64,000 bases of DNA from Bdellovibrionales bacterium (GCA_964230645.1 CAXRHT010000001.1:640001-704000); one strand, 5' to 3'. Shown: positions 9,200 through 19,308, counted from the first letter of the stretch. Numbers and translations: made by a program. The notes: generated by a model not told the origin, from the sequence alone.

Positions 9200-9216
9200 A
9201 GCAATCCCTATGCCCA
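9200..9216 (-). promoter_or_regulatory. Sigma-54 promoter
   Basis: Minus strand TGGGCATAGGGATTGCT matches GGCA-N6-TTGC(W) with GG-N10-GC spacing. Confidence 0.6.
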
Positions 9217-9333
9217 AAAAAATCTTAGCCCCCTGAACCAAGTATCTAATAATATTAGTGACTTATCCAACCTCACGCGACTCTACTTGTGACAATTTTG
9301 GGCCCAGTAACAATTTTCCGCGCCCCAATTTTG

Positions 9334-10410
9334 TCACTGCGACCTTGGTAAAGGCCGTTTTCCCATCGCGATAAGATGGTGTTGATGGGCCTTTACAGCA
9401 GAAAATAGACTTGGAAATTCATGGTAATGGAAGTTGTGACTCTGACAGGCTCTTTTTAATATTGGACGAATCTGAGGGTAATGAGTGTGACTGTAATTGG
9501 GAAAGATATGGTGCTCAATTTGATGATTAAGACCTCCCAGGTACCAGGACAGGAATCTATTTTTGGTAGCGAAGTTCGCTGTTGTGGCTAATTGAAACTC
9601 CGCCCAATCACTAGAGGTCCCCTTTTTTGAGAATTGTTGAACGTTGCTGACATGGGCCAATTGAAACACCACTACCATAATAAATCCCATCAATCCGAAG
9701 CTCACAAGGTAGCCAGTCAATACTAGAAGTGGATCACCGATGGTCCAAAGAGGAAGGAGCAAGAACAAAGAAACGTGCCAGAGTTTAACGAACAAGGTTT
9801 CCCAAATTACTTTTTTTAGAACCTTTGGTTTTAGGCTATAAGTGTTGCCTTTGATGTCGCGAAAATCACCCCACCACACCCAGCTTAAAATAAATAGCGG
9901 ATAGAGAAACCAAGCATAGATATGTTGAAAGCGGTGATTGGAGTGGAAGTTCTGCTGTTCGCAAAGCCTCAACAAACCGTTGGTATTTATATCATGATCT
10001 TTTCCAGGCACGTTAGTGAAACTGTGGTGGGCCACGCAGTGCTGATGAACCCACAAGGTTGGGCTACCACCTAAAAAAGAAATAACGTTTAAGAAAAGAT
10101 TGTTGATTGAACTATTGTCACTTGTCGCTTTATGACTGGCATCATGCATGACGGACATTTGAATGGAAACCATAATCAGAGCCCAAGGCAAGGCCAACAA
10201 AATGTTTGCCCACAAACTCTCTCCTCCGAAAGTTAAATAAACACCATAACTACCCAGCCATAAAACAAAGAGGATTAGGGCTTTAGCCACAAGTCTTTTG
10301 ACATCTTTTTGGGGACGTTTCGAAGTTTTAAGAAGGTCATTCACTTCTCCTTTCATAAACTTATGAAAGCTTTTTTTATTTTTTGACACTATTGCTGATT
10401 GAGAACTCAT
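9334..10410 (-). CDS. Membrane fatty acid (acyl-CoA/acyl-lipid) desaturase
   Basis: His boxes MHDASH, HQHCVAHH and QIEHH; GGLNHQIEHHIFP. Confidence 0.92.
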   Translation of the reverse strand: MSSQSAIVSKNKKSFHKFMKGEVNDLLKTSKRPQKDVKRLVAKALILFVLWLGSYGVYLTFGGESLWANILLALPWALIMVSIQMSVMHDASHKATSDNSSINNLFLNVISFLGGSPTLWVHQHCVAHHSFTNVPGKDHDINTNGLLRLCEQQNFHSNHRFQHIYAWFLYPLFILSWVWWGDFRDIKGNTYSLKPKVLKKVIWETLFVKLWHVSLFLLLPLWTIGDPLLVLTGYLVSFGLMGFIMVVVFQLAHVSNVQQFSKKGTSSDWAEFQLATTANFATKNRFLSWYLGGLNHQIEHHIFPNYSHTHYPQIRPILKRACQSHNFHYHEFPSLFSAVKAHQHHLIAMGKRPLPRSQ

Positions 10411-10514
10411 TTGACCACCTTCAAGACAACTCAGTTACATGCTTATTCATATACGAAGAGTCAGACTCATCTTAACAGGAAGCGGGACGGTTTAGAGTAA
10501 AATAAAACAAAACT

Positions 10515-10530
10515 TAGACCATTTGGTCTT
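10515..10530. promoter_or_regulatory. Palindromic operator candidate (TetR type) upstream of the desaturase
   Basis: TAGACC-ATTT-GGTCTT. Confidence 0.4.
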
Positions 10531-10916
10531 TTTAGTACTAAACGGAGATTATATTTTCTCATCTGCTTCACACGCGTTCTAGCAGAAGTAATTAAATAGG
10601 AGAGAAGCTTAAGCTGTGTTACACTGAGGCTGGTTTTCTTGTTTTATGAGACTGGAATAGTATTCAACTGTCAATAGATTCTCTCTTTATTAAACAACAA
10701 AAATAATCAGCAGCCTTTAGGGTAAGTGCTATTCATTTCTTTTTACAGTTATGACTTAGCCATTGTGATTTTTTAATTGTTTCCAAAGACTCAAGGACCA
10801 AGAGATCGAAGGATTTTTAAATTATGTCATCGGGATCAAATCCGAAATGACATTTAAAAATCAATGAGAATATCTAGAAAAAATTTGATATTCCCTTTCA
10901 ACAAAAGGAGTACCTA

Positions 10917-11231
10917 TTGAAAAATCGAATTCGATTTAACAACCTTGTCGTATCCGCTGAAGAATTACCTGCCATTAAGAGAATTGTGCGACATCTATCA
11001 GAATGTGCCCCCTCTGATGCTTTTATCTCTGTAGACTTTCACAAAGCCAATCTTGGTTTTCAAGGAAGACTACAATTAAACTCTCCTAGTGAGAACTTTT
11101 CAGAGGAAGCTAATGGAGAATTATTGCTTTCTCTTATGCATAGCTTAGAAGATTTAACCATGCGTAGAATTGTTGAATGGCGTGAGAAAAGATTCTCCGT
11201 CATAGAGGAAGAAGAAAAGCTGACCTCTTAA
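10917..11231 (+). CDS. Small hypothetical protein, possibly HPF/RaiA-like fold
   Basis: AAGGAG RBS then TTG; size and predicted beta-alpha-beta-beta-beta-alpha pattern are compatible with HPF (inference). Confidence 0.5.
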   Translation: MKNRIRFNNLVVSAEELPAIKRIVRHLSECAPSDAFISVDFHKANLGFQGRLQLNSPSENFSEEANGELLLSLMHSLEDLTMRRIVEWREKRFSVIEEEEKLTS

Positions 11232-11428
11232 ATGCTGCCACCAATATCGGGCCTTATCCAATCCTTCAATTGAATCGTTTAGGATTGGATTCGGATCCCT
11301 GGTCTTAGAGAGGTTTACGCCCCCGCAATCTTTAGGACCTCTTAATTAGACTAGTGTCCCCTCTGCGTAAGTCTGGAAGTAGCGCCCCTCTCTCAAAGCC
11401 TATTCTGATTTATAGTAAAATGATTCTG

Positions 11429-12187
11429 ATGAAACTCGTAATATTTTTTGTCTTTAACCTTGTTATATTAAGCCCGTGTTATGCTTTCAAAGTGAGTATC
11501 GATCCTGGTCATGGAGGAGGTGATGACTCAGGGGCTATCTACGCTGGCATCAAGGAGTCTCATCTTGTTCTAAAAATATCTAAAAAACTATACACCCGTT
11601 TGAGGAAGGATCCTTTTTTCGATGTGCAACTCCTAAGACAAAGCGATGAGTCCTTGGCTCTGGAAGATAGAGTTAAAAATACAAAAAAGTTTTCTCCCGA
11701 TTTATTTTTATCGATCCACGCCAATGCCAATCCAAACAAAAGAGCCAGAGGGACTGAGTTCTATATTCAAAACCAGCTTCCTGTTGATGAAGAGGCTTTG
11801 TTTTTGGCTCACAATGAATTTTCTGGAGATCCACTCGAAGGACCAAAAAAGGCAGGAGACATTGAGAGTATCGTCTACGATCTTGAAAAATCTCACCGTA
11901 TTACTAAAAGTTATCAGATAAGCACGTACCTAAGGGAACACTGGAGCAGCAAAAAAAGAAAAATGATCCGCCAAGGACCCTTTTTTGTCCTTAGTCACAA
12001 TGACGTCCCCTCCATCCTTTTAGAAGTGGGCTATTTAAGTCACTCTAAAGAGAGACAAAAGCTTTTAAATCCTGCCTATCAAGATCGCATGGTCAAAAAA
12101 ATCCATAAAGCACTAAAGGACTATGCGACAAACATGGACAAACTTCCGCCCGGCATTCTAAAACCTCAGAATGCAAAGACACGATAA
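11429..12187 (+). CDS. N-acetylmuramoyl-L-alanine amidase (Amidase_3, catalytic domain only)
   Basis: IDPGHGG, FLSIHANA, PSILLEVGYLS; signal peptide; exact start uncertain (11420 or 11429). Confidence 0.9.
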   Translation: MKLVIFFVFNLVILSPCYAFKVSIDPGHGGGDDSGAIYAGIKESHLVLKISKKLYTRLRKDPFFDVQLLRQSDESLALEDRVKNTKKFSPDLFLSIHANANPNKRARGTEFYIQNQLPVDEEALFLAHNEFSGDPLEGPKKAGDIESIVYDLEKSHRITKSYQISTYLREHWSSKKRKMIRQGPFFVLSHNDVPSILLEVGYLSHSKERQKLLNPAYQDRMVKKIHKALKDYATNMDKLPPGILKPQNAKTR

Positions 12188-12890
12188 TAGAAAAAACGAT
12201 CAGTTAAGAGAAGTGATCATCACTCCCCGCTTTAATCGCTATGCCGAGGGAAGTGCTTTGATTGAATTTGGACATACCAAAGTGGCCTGCACGGCCAGTG
12301 TGGAGACCTCCATTCCCAAATGGCTTCAAGGCCAAGAGCAGGGTTGGGTGACCGCTGAATATGGCATGCTCCCTCGCAGTACTCATGACCGCATGAGGCG
12401 AGATAAAACCAGTCAGTCGGGGCGCTCGCAAGAGATCTCAAGACTCATCGCCCGGTCCCTTCGAAGCTGCGTTGATTTAAAAAAACTCAAAGATATTCAG
12501 ATTTCTGTGGATTGCGATGTTCTCCAAGCCGATGGAGGCACTCGCACAGCCGCTATCACAGGTGGTTTTGTAGCCCTAGCTTTGGCTGTCGAATACCTGA
12601 TGGAGAAGAAACTGGTTTTAGAAAATCCTATTCTTAATCAAGTTTCAGCTATCAGTGTGGGTATTCTTGAAAACCAACCCTTACTCGATCTCTGTTACAT
12701 CGAAGACAGCCAAGCCGAAACGGATTGCAACTTTGTTATAAACAACAAAGGCGGATTGGTGGAGATCCAAGGAACAGCTGAAGAAAACCAATTTACCAGA
12801 GATCAATTCAACCAAATGTTAGATTACGCTCTTGTTGGTTGTGAAAACCTTCATCAAATACAAGAGCAGTGTTTGTCTCAAAAAATATAG
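12171..12890 (+). CDS. rph: Ribonuclease PH
   Basis: AEGSALIEFG, WVTAEYGMLPRST, DCDVLQADGGTRTAAITG. Confidence 0.97.
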   Translation: MQRHDNRKNDQLREVIITPRFNRYAEGSALIEFGHTKVACTASVETSIPKWLQGQEQGWVTAEYGMLPRSTHDRMRRDKTSQSGRSQEISRLIARSLRSCVDLKKLKDIQISVDCDVLQADGGTRTAAITGGFVALALAVEYLMEKKLVLENPILNQVSAISVGILENQPLLDLCYIEDSQAETDCNFVINNKGGLVEIQGTAEENQFTRDQFNQMLDYALVGCENLHQIQEQCLSQKI

Positions 12891-12902
12891 AGGAGCTTTT
12901 TA

Positions 12903-13496
12903 ATGGAATTATGGTTAGCCACGGGCAACCCCGGAAAGGTCAATGAAATTGAAAAGCTTCTTGGAGATCTCGATCTTGAAGTTCACACCCAAAAGGAGTT
13001 GAGCTTTTTTTCTCAACCTCCAGAAGATGGGGATAGCTTTGAAGCCAATGCCAGAATCAAAGCTAAAGCACTGCACGCCATGAAGTCTGATTCTTGGGTT
13101 CTTGCCGACGACTCGGGCCTTGTGGTCGAGGGCCTTGGCGGTCTCCCTGGAATTCACTCCGCTCGATACGCCGGCCCCAAAGCTCAGCCCTCTGAAAACA
13201 ACGCCAAGCTTTTAAAAATGATGCAACTTCGAAGTGCAGCTAACCGCAAGGCGCATTTCCATTGCACACTTGTCGCCATTTCTCCGCAAGGAGAAGAGAA
13301 GGTTTTCACTGGTGACCTGCAAGGTGAGATTGCCAAATCAGCCCGGGGAGCAGGTGGCTTTGGCTACGATCCTGTCTTTGTTCCTGAGGGAGAGGAGAAA
13401 ACTCTGGGAGAGCTTCCGGCAAGCCACAAAAACCAAATTTCTCACCGCTCAAAAGCACTGAAGGCTTTTGTTGAATTTCTCAAGACGAGCCTATAA
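12903..13496 (+). CDS. rdgB: dITP/XTP pyrophosphatase (Ham1 family)
   Basis: ATGNPGK, LADDSGL, GFGYDPVF, SHR. Confidence 0.96.
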   Translation: MELWLATGNPGKVNEIEKLLGDLDLEVHTQKELSFFSQPPEDGDSFEANARIKAKALHAMKSDSWVLADDSGLVVEGLGGLPGIHSARYAGPKAQPSENNAKLLKMMQLRSAANRKAHFHCTLVAISPQGEEKVFTGDLQGEIAKSARGAGGFGYDPVFVPEGEEKTLGELPASHKNQISHRSKALKAFVEFLKTSL

Positions 13497-13564
13497 AAGA
13501 ATTACAAAAGAAAAAAGGACACAGTTGTTTACAACCCCTACCAACAGTGATAACAAGGTGAGTC

Positions 13565-14512
13565 ATGGCCCAAATAAAAATATTTTCAGGAACTTCCAAT
13601 CTCAACTTTGCCAAGAGTGTGGCGAAATCCGCTGGGGTCAAACTCGGTAGCTGTGAAATTACCAGATTTGCGGATGGAGAGGTTCAAGCCGAGATCCACG
13701 AAAGTGTTCGTGGCGACTCTGTTTTTGTCATCCAGAGCTGCTGTCCGCCTGTTAATGAAAATTACATGGAGCTTTTTATCATGCTGGATGCTTTGAAAAG
13801 AGCCTCAGCAAAAGAAGTCACGGCCGTTCTCCCCTACTATGGCTACGCTAGGCAAGACCGCAAAGTGGCTCCTAGAGCTCCTATTTCTGCAAAATGTATG
13901 GCCGATCTTCTGACGGCCGCCGGAGCTTCAAGAGTTGTTTGTGTGGATTTACATGCCGCTCAGATCCAGGGATTTTTTAACTGTCCTGTGGATCACCTTT
14001 TCGCCACCCCAACTTTGGCTCAACAATGGCGCGAGCGTTACGGCACAGGCCCTGAATTCGTGGTTGTGAGCCCTGATGCGGGAGGGGTAGAAAGAGCCCG
14101 CGCTTTTGCTAAGAAAATTGATTGTTCTATGGCCATTATTGATAAAAGACGATCCGGCCCCAATGAAGCCCGTGCTCTCCACCTTATCGGTGATGTGAAG
14201 GAAAAAACGGCGATCATTGTAGACGATATGTGTGATACTGCAGGAACTTTAACACAAGCTGTTGACAGTCTCCTTGATAATGGGGCAAAAAGGGTGTTCG
14301 CCGTAGCCACTCATGCGCTGTTTTCTGGTCCCGCTGTGGGCCGATTAAAGGAATCAGGTGTGGAAAAAGTCCTTGTGACAGACACCATCCCATTGAGTGA
14401 AGAAGCTGCGGCTTGTGGAAAAATGGAAGTCATTAGTATGGCTCCCGTTGTGGCTGAAGCCCTTCTTAGAATTTACGGAAATGCTTCAGTTTCATCACTT
14501 TTTGATGATTAA
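13565..14512 (+). CDS. prs: Ribose-phosphate pyrophosphokinase
   Basis: FADGE, PYYGYARQDRK, VSPDAGGVERAR, VDDMCDTAGTL. Confidence 0.98.
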   Translation: MAQIKIFSGTSNLNFAKSVAKSAGVKLGSCEITRFADGEVQAEIHESVRGDSVFVIQSCCPPVNENYMELFIMLDALKRASAKEVTAVLPYYGYARQDRKVAPRAPISAKCMADLLTAAGASRVVCVDLHAAQIQGFFNCPVDHLFATPTLAQQWRERYGTGPEFVVVSPDAGGVERARAFAKKIDCSMAIIDKRRSGPNEARALHLIGDVKEKTAIIVDDMCDTAGTLTQAVDSLLDNGAKRVFAVATHALFSGPAVGRLKESGVEKVLVTDTIPLSEEAAACGKMEVISMAPVVAEALLRIYGNASVSSLFDD

Positions 14513-14536
14513 AAAGGAATAAATAAGAGGTAGACG

Positions 14537-15238
14537 ATGGCTGGTAAACATACAGTATTTGAAGTTGAAGAAAGACAACCTGGAAAAGGTTTATCTGGAA
14601 AGTTTCGTAAAGAAAGAAAGATTCCTGCCGTTGTTTACGGTCCAAAAATGGAAAACCACAATTGCTTGATTGATGAAGTGTTTGTTCTTAAGCACAGCGG
14701 CTCCCGCCATGAGAGTTCGATCTTTCAAACAAAAAGTGATTCCAAGCCACTTAACTCTCTTAAAGTGATGCTTAAAAAGATCGATGTTCATCCTGTTTCT
14801 AAAAACCCAATCCACGTTGATCTTTACGCTCTTGATATGACATCAAAAATTAAAGTGAATGTGACAATCGAATTTGAAGGTGAGCCCGCTGTAGTGACTG
14901 ATGGAGAAGCCATCCTATCTGTGATCATGCGTGATATCGAAATTGAGTGTAACCCATCGGATATCCCAGATTCTGTTAAAGTTGACGTTTCCGGTCTTGA
15001 GCTCAATGATTCCGTTCACGTTTCTGATATGACTTTCCCTGAAGGGATCGTACCTGTTACAGCTCCTGAAAGAACGGTTTGTAACGTCACGATTCCCAAA
15101 GAAGAGCCGGCTGAACCTGCTGAAGGTGAAGAAATGGAAGCCGCTGCTACTGAAGGTGAAGAAGGAGCCGAGGGCGCTGACGGAGCGGCTGAAGGTGAAG
15201 CCGCAGAGGGCGAGAAAAAAGAAGGGGAAGAGTCCTAA
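14537..15238 (+). CDS. rplY: 50S ribosomal protein L25/Ctc
   Basis: KIPAVVYG, HVDLY, acidic C-terminal tail; prs-rplY-pth synteny. Confidence 0.95.
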   Translation: MAGKHTVFEVEERQPGKGLSGKFRKERKIPAVVYGPKMENHNCLIDEVFVLKHSGSRHESSIFQTKSDSKPLNSLKVMLKKIDVHPVSKNPIHVDLYALDMTSKIKVNVTIEFEGEPAVVTDGEAILSVIMRDIEIECNPSDIPDSVKVDVSGLELNDSVHVSDMTFPEGIVPVTAPERTVCNVTIPKEEPAEPAEGEEMEAAATEGEEGAEGADGAAEGEAAEGEKKEGEES

Positions 15239-15313
15239 GGACTTAACCCCAGAACTTTTTAGTTCTTCCTTTTTCAATTTGCATTCATTTTACGCCATAG
15301 AGGACTCTAAAAA

Positions 15314-15880
15314 ATGTGGTTAATCGCTGGCCTAGGAAATCCTGGAAAAAAATATCTTTTAACCAGGCACAACGTAGGATTCATGGCGATTGACTACTAC
15401 CTCAATAACATTGGCAATCCTCCCGAAAAAAAAGAACACAAATCACTGACCTACTCCTTCAGTATCGAGAGCGAAAAAGTCATTATGGCTAAACCACAAA
15501 CTTATATGAATGACTCAGGTGAGGCCATTCAAGCACTCTGCCATTATTACAAAGTGAAACCACAAAATGTATTAATTCTCCATGATGAAATCGAGCAACC
15601 TTTCGGACAAATGAAAATGCAATTTGCCCGTGGCCATGGTGGACAAAATGGTATTCGCGACATTCATCAAAAGTTGGGAAGCAACGAATACTATCGCCTA
15701 CGTATCGGTGTGGGACGCCCTGAGGGAAAGAAAGATGTCTCCGCCCATGTGCTTAGCCCCTTTTCGAAACAAGAGCAAAAAGATCTCCCCGATGTTCTCG
15801 AAAAAGTGAGCGATGGAATGGAAACACTCCTTTGTGAAGGCTTCCAAAAAGCAGCCACTCTCGTCAATCGTAAAGCTTGA
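15314..15880 (+). CDS. pth: Peptidyl-tRNA hydrolase
   Basis: GLGNPG, TRHNVGF, KPQTYMNDSG, GHGGQNG, RLRIGVGRP. Confidence 0.98.
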   Translation: MWLIAGLGNPGKKYLLTRHNVGFMAIDYYLNNIGNPPEKKEHKSLTYSFSIESEKVIMAKPQTYMNDSGEAIQALCHYYKVKPQNVLILHDEIEQPFGQMKMQFARGHGGQNGIRDIHQKLGSNEYYRLRIGVGRPEGKKDVSAHVLSPFSKQEQKDLPDVLEKVSDGMETLLCEGFQKAATLVNRKA

Positions 15881-15973
15881 TTGAGCCCCCCCAAAAAAAG
15901 CACGACCGTTTCTCTTATTTCCGATTATTAATGTCTCAAATAAATATATTGAGTCTTTTCTTTTGAGAATGTC

Positions 15974-16000
15974 TTAGGTTCACAGCCAATCTGCCGATAA
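15974..16000 (+). promoter_or_regulatory. Sigma-28 (FliA)-type promoter
   Basis: TTAG-N15-GCCGATAA, 40 nt upstream of the 16041 ATG. Confidence 0.55.
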
Positions 16001-16040
16001 AGATCATGGAGTGTTTGTTAACTTGAAAGGTTAACTAGGG

Positions 16041-17912
16041 ATGAATTGTTTCAGAATTTTTATTTTAATAGCAGTGACGTTGGTTTTAGGAGCTTGTTCG
16101 AAAAAAGACAGCTCTCATTCAAAGGTATCTATCCAGTTTGACGAGTCAATCTTTGCCAGCAAAGCTCATCAACTTTCATTGAAGCCTGACGGGAAAACTG
16201 TAAGGAAATCGGGACCTGATTGGGGTGTGCAGAACCCGACCCAAATCACTCAAATTGGCTGTTATGCTGTTTTTGTGGGTGGTCCTGAAGACAGTCTAAA
16301 ACAATCTTTTTGTGAGTTGGGCTCCGGTCAACGTTTTGCTTTTGGCCCGCGCGCCGGTTTTTTCAACATTCGCTCAAAGGGTTCCATTCAAGTCCCCGCA
16401 GGAGAAAATCGTCAAATTTATCTTTTCGGAATGGCCTCTGCCGATGGAACTTGTGAATCCGACTTCGCCGTCAACGCTGACATTGAGGCGAAAAATTACT
16501 CAGCCCCCTTTCTTCTGGGTAAAGCAAGAGCCAACTTGGCTAAATCTGAAGAAGTGGTAGAGATTAGACTGCAAGGAGATTTCTCGGAATCTAACCGAAT
16601 TACTACCTGTAATTTTATGGAAGATAAGAAGCTTGATATCATAGGTTACGATTCCGATCGAAAGTATTGGTTAGCCAGCAATGAAGTTCCTCGTACTATA
16701 CGAATTGAGCACGAAGGCCAAGAGGTTCGCTGTTCAAGGGATGGGGGCTCCACCTTTGAAAATTGCGACACTCCTAGTACCTTGATTTGGAGACAAGAAG
16801 ACTACAATCAACAGCATGTTGTCCAAACACGAATGCAAGATGGCAAATCCTATTTTAAAACCTTTACTCCTTCGGAAGTTTATCCAGATATCGAGTGGAT
16901 TACAGCTGGCTGTGACCATACAATATCAGCTGACGACTCGATCAACGATGTACAATCTTATTTTAGTTCTTCTAGCGCCACTCTCTGTATTGATCCCAAG
17001 GTCACAATTTCAGGGATATTGAACGCTGCGATTAACTTGGGCGGTGATCTTGTCGTCATCTCACCCCAGGCTGACGACCACTCTCGAGCTAGGATAGATG
17101 TCACGCCAATGTCAACAAGCTCCCTGTTTTACTTTGATCCCAACTTTGCAAATGCGTATTTTAAAATGATTGGTGTCGATGTGGAATATAGTTCCTCTGG
17201 TGAAGTTCTTTTTTACCTTTACAATGCCAGTGGAGCTCACGACTACTACGTTTACTTTGATGATTCTATTTTAACTAACAGAACCGGGGCTGAAGTACTA
17301 AGGGCCCGGAGCTCGGGAGGAACTAACATAACACACCTCAAAACTTTCCACTCTCGCTTTGTTTCGGATGATAGCTCTGACCCCGCCATCGATATTGAGC
17401 AGCAGCAATTTGATTTCACTTTAATAGACTCTTTTATTGAATCGGACTCCGAAGCGCTCACATCAAGAGCTGGATGGTTTACAATGGACGGCAGTGAAGT
17501 TTTTGGCTCAGGAGATAATGGTAATGATCCAACAATGAGTTTTTATGGCGGAGGGTCTGCAGAAATCAGAAATTCAAGAATCCAAGGCGCAAACAGTTCA
17601 GCCCTTCAAATGGATTGTCTCGGCTCAGGGAACTTTCTAAATTTTAACCTTTTCAATACTGAGATCATTAGGGAAGACGACGGGACAAATGGCAATGGAG
17701 CTGCGATTACAATAAACGAGCCCGGGTGCTCTATTTCGGTGAACTCGAATGAAGATTTCGCTGACAACCTAAGCCTGGCGCATAATAATCGAATTTGTGC
17801 AATCGATGGCTCAACAGCAACCTACAACTCTATTTTCGATACAGCTCCTAGTGGAGCGGGCACTTTCGATCCAGACCAGCTGAGTATTGGGATCTGTGAT
17901 TTTAGTGATTAA
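16041..17912 (+). CDS. Lipoprotein with a Cys-containing N-terminal domain and a predicted C-terminal right-handed beta-helix
   Basis: Lipobox LGAC; repetitive small-residue/Asn/Asp beta rungs (AEIRNSRIQG, FTLIDSFIES). Confidence 0.65.
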   Translation: MNCFRIFILIAVTLVLGACSKKDSSHSKVSIQFDESIFASKAHQLSLKPDGKTVRKSGPDWGVQNPTQITQIGCYAVFVGGPEDSLKQSFCELGSGQRFAFGPRAGFFNIRSKGSIQVPAGENRQIYLFGMASADGTCESDFAVNADIEAKNYSAPFLLGKARANLAKSEEVVEIRLQGDFSESNRITTCNFMEDKKLDIIGYDSDRKYWLASNEVPRTIRIEHEGQEVRCSRDGGSTFENCDTPSTLIWRQEDYNQQHVVQTRMQDGKSYFKTFTPSEVYPDIEWITAGCDHTISADDSINDVQSYFSSSSATLCIDPKVTISGILNAAINLGGDLVVISPQADDHSRARIDVTPMSTSSLFYFDPNFANAYFKMIGVDVEYSSSGEVLFYLYNASGAHDYYVYFDDSILTNRTGAEVLRARSSGGTNITHLKTFHSRFVSDDSSDPAIDIEQQQFDFTLIDSFIESDSEALTSRAGWFTMDGSEVFGSGDNGNDPTMSFYGGGSAEIRNSRIQGANSSALQMDCLGSGNFLNFNLFNTEIIREDDGTNGNGAAITINEPGCSISVNSNEDFADNLSLAHNNRICAIDGSTATYNSIFDTAPSGAGTFDPDQLSIGICDFSD

Positions 17913-18083
17913 ACTCCTCTTTTCTAAGTATGACTGGCTCTTGCAAGGCCAGTCCTTATCATTTCAACCAAAAAAAGCTTTTGTACGGCTCAATTTCGAG
18001 CCAGACAGGAGTTTCTCTTATCCAAAAAATATCGTATAGTCGGACTCTCAATTTTGACAAGACATGGCTCTAGGAGAATGATC

Positions 18084-19184
18084 ATGGCGTTGCAGTGTGG
18101 AATCGTTGGACTTCCTAACGTTGGAAAAAGTACCCTTTTTAATGCCCTTACGGCCGCCAAAGCCGAAGCAGCAAACTACCCTTTTTGTACGATTGACCCG
18201 AATGTCGGCGTGGTCACCGTGCCTGATCCCAGGCTCAAAAAAATTGTGGAACTCGTAAAGCCCCAAAAAGAAATCCCCACAGCGATGGAGTTTGTCGATA
18301 TTGCAGGGCTCGTGGCTGGAGCCAGTAAAGGTGAAGGGCTCGGAAACCAGTTTTTAGCTAACATTCGAGAAACCGATGCGATCATTCAAGTGGTTCGCTG
18401 TTTTGACGACTCCGATGTGGTGCATGTTTCTGGCTCTGTCGATCCTTTAAGAGACATTGATGTGATCAATACGGAGTTAATGCTGGCCGACCTTGAATCC
18501 ATTGAAAAAAGAAAACAGAAACTCGATAAGCAAGCACGTGCCACTAAAGATAAAAAGCTTCTCGGAGAGCTCGAAATTATTGAAAAAATCCATAAGGCCC
18601 TCTCCGATGGAAAAGCGGCTAGAACTGTGGAAGTTCCTAAAGAAGACAAAAAGTTTGTTAAAGAACTTCAGCTGCTTACTACGAAACCGACTCTTTATGT
18701 TTGCAACGTCAGTGAAGACGACTTTCTCAATGGCGGTAACGACTGGAGCAAACAGGTTGAAGAGTTCGCAAAGTCTGAAGGCAATAATTCTCTCCTCATT
18801 TGTAGTGCCATGGAAGCTGAGATCGCCCTTCTTGATAAAGAAGAACAGAGTGAATTTTTAGAGTCCATGGGAGTGAGTGAGCCAGGACTTCACCGTCTTA
18901 TCCAAGAGGCCTACAATCTTTTAGAACTTCAAACCTACTTCACTGCCGGTGAAAAAGAAGTCAGAGCCTGGACAATCAAAAAAGGCATGACGGCCCCGCA
19001 GGCGGCCGGTGTGATTCACTCGGATTTTGAAAAAGGCTTTATTCGCGCTGAGACCTATAACTGTGAGGATTTATTTAATCTCAAATCAGAACAGGCCGTG
19101 AAAGAGTCTGGTAAATATCGCCTGGAAGGTAAAGAGTATGTCGTCAAAGATGGTGATGTTCTTTTCTTTCGCTTTAACGTTTAA
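18084..19184 (+). CDS. ychF: Ribosome-binding ATPase YchF
   Basis: [41 protein letters not shown]. Confidence 0.98.
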   Translation: MALQCGIVGLPNVGKSTLFNALTAAKAEAANYPFCTIDPNVGVVTVPDPRLKKIVELVKPQKEIPTAMEFVDIAGLVAGASKGEGLGNQFLANIRETDAIIQVVRCFDDSDVVHVSGSVDPLRDIDVINTELMLADLESIEKRKQKLDKQARATKDKKLLGELEIIEKIHKALSDGKAARTVEVPKEDKKFVKELQLLTTKPTLYVCNVSEDDFLNGGNDWSKQVEEFAKSEGNNSLLICSAMEAEIALLDKEEQSEFLESMGVSEPGLHRLIQEAYNLLELQTYFTAGEKEVRAWTIKKGMTAPQAAGVIHSDFEKGFIRAETYNCEDLFNLKSEQAVKESGKYRLEGKEYVVKDGDVLFFRFNV

Positions 19185-19308
19185 TAGACTCTCCTAACCC
19201 TCCATCTTATTATGGTCCTCTTTATAAAGGTGGGCCTAAAAAATGGGGCCTCTTTCTCGTCTCAATTCGAGAAATTTGCAATCATTGCTATGGTTCTTAC
19301 CCGTTCTT

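Noticed and set aside
13497..13564. tRNA-Gln often found upstream of prs
   Set aside because: Only 68 nt and no cloverleaf or T-loop motif.
15100..15235. GAAGGTGAAG-like repeats at the end of rplY
   Set aside because: Encode the ordinary acidic Ctc tail.
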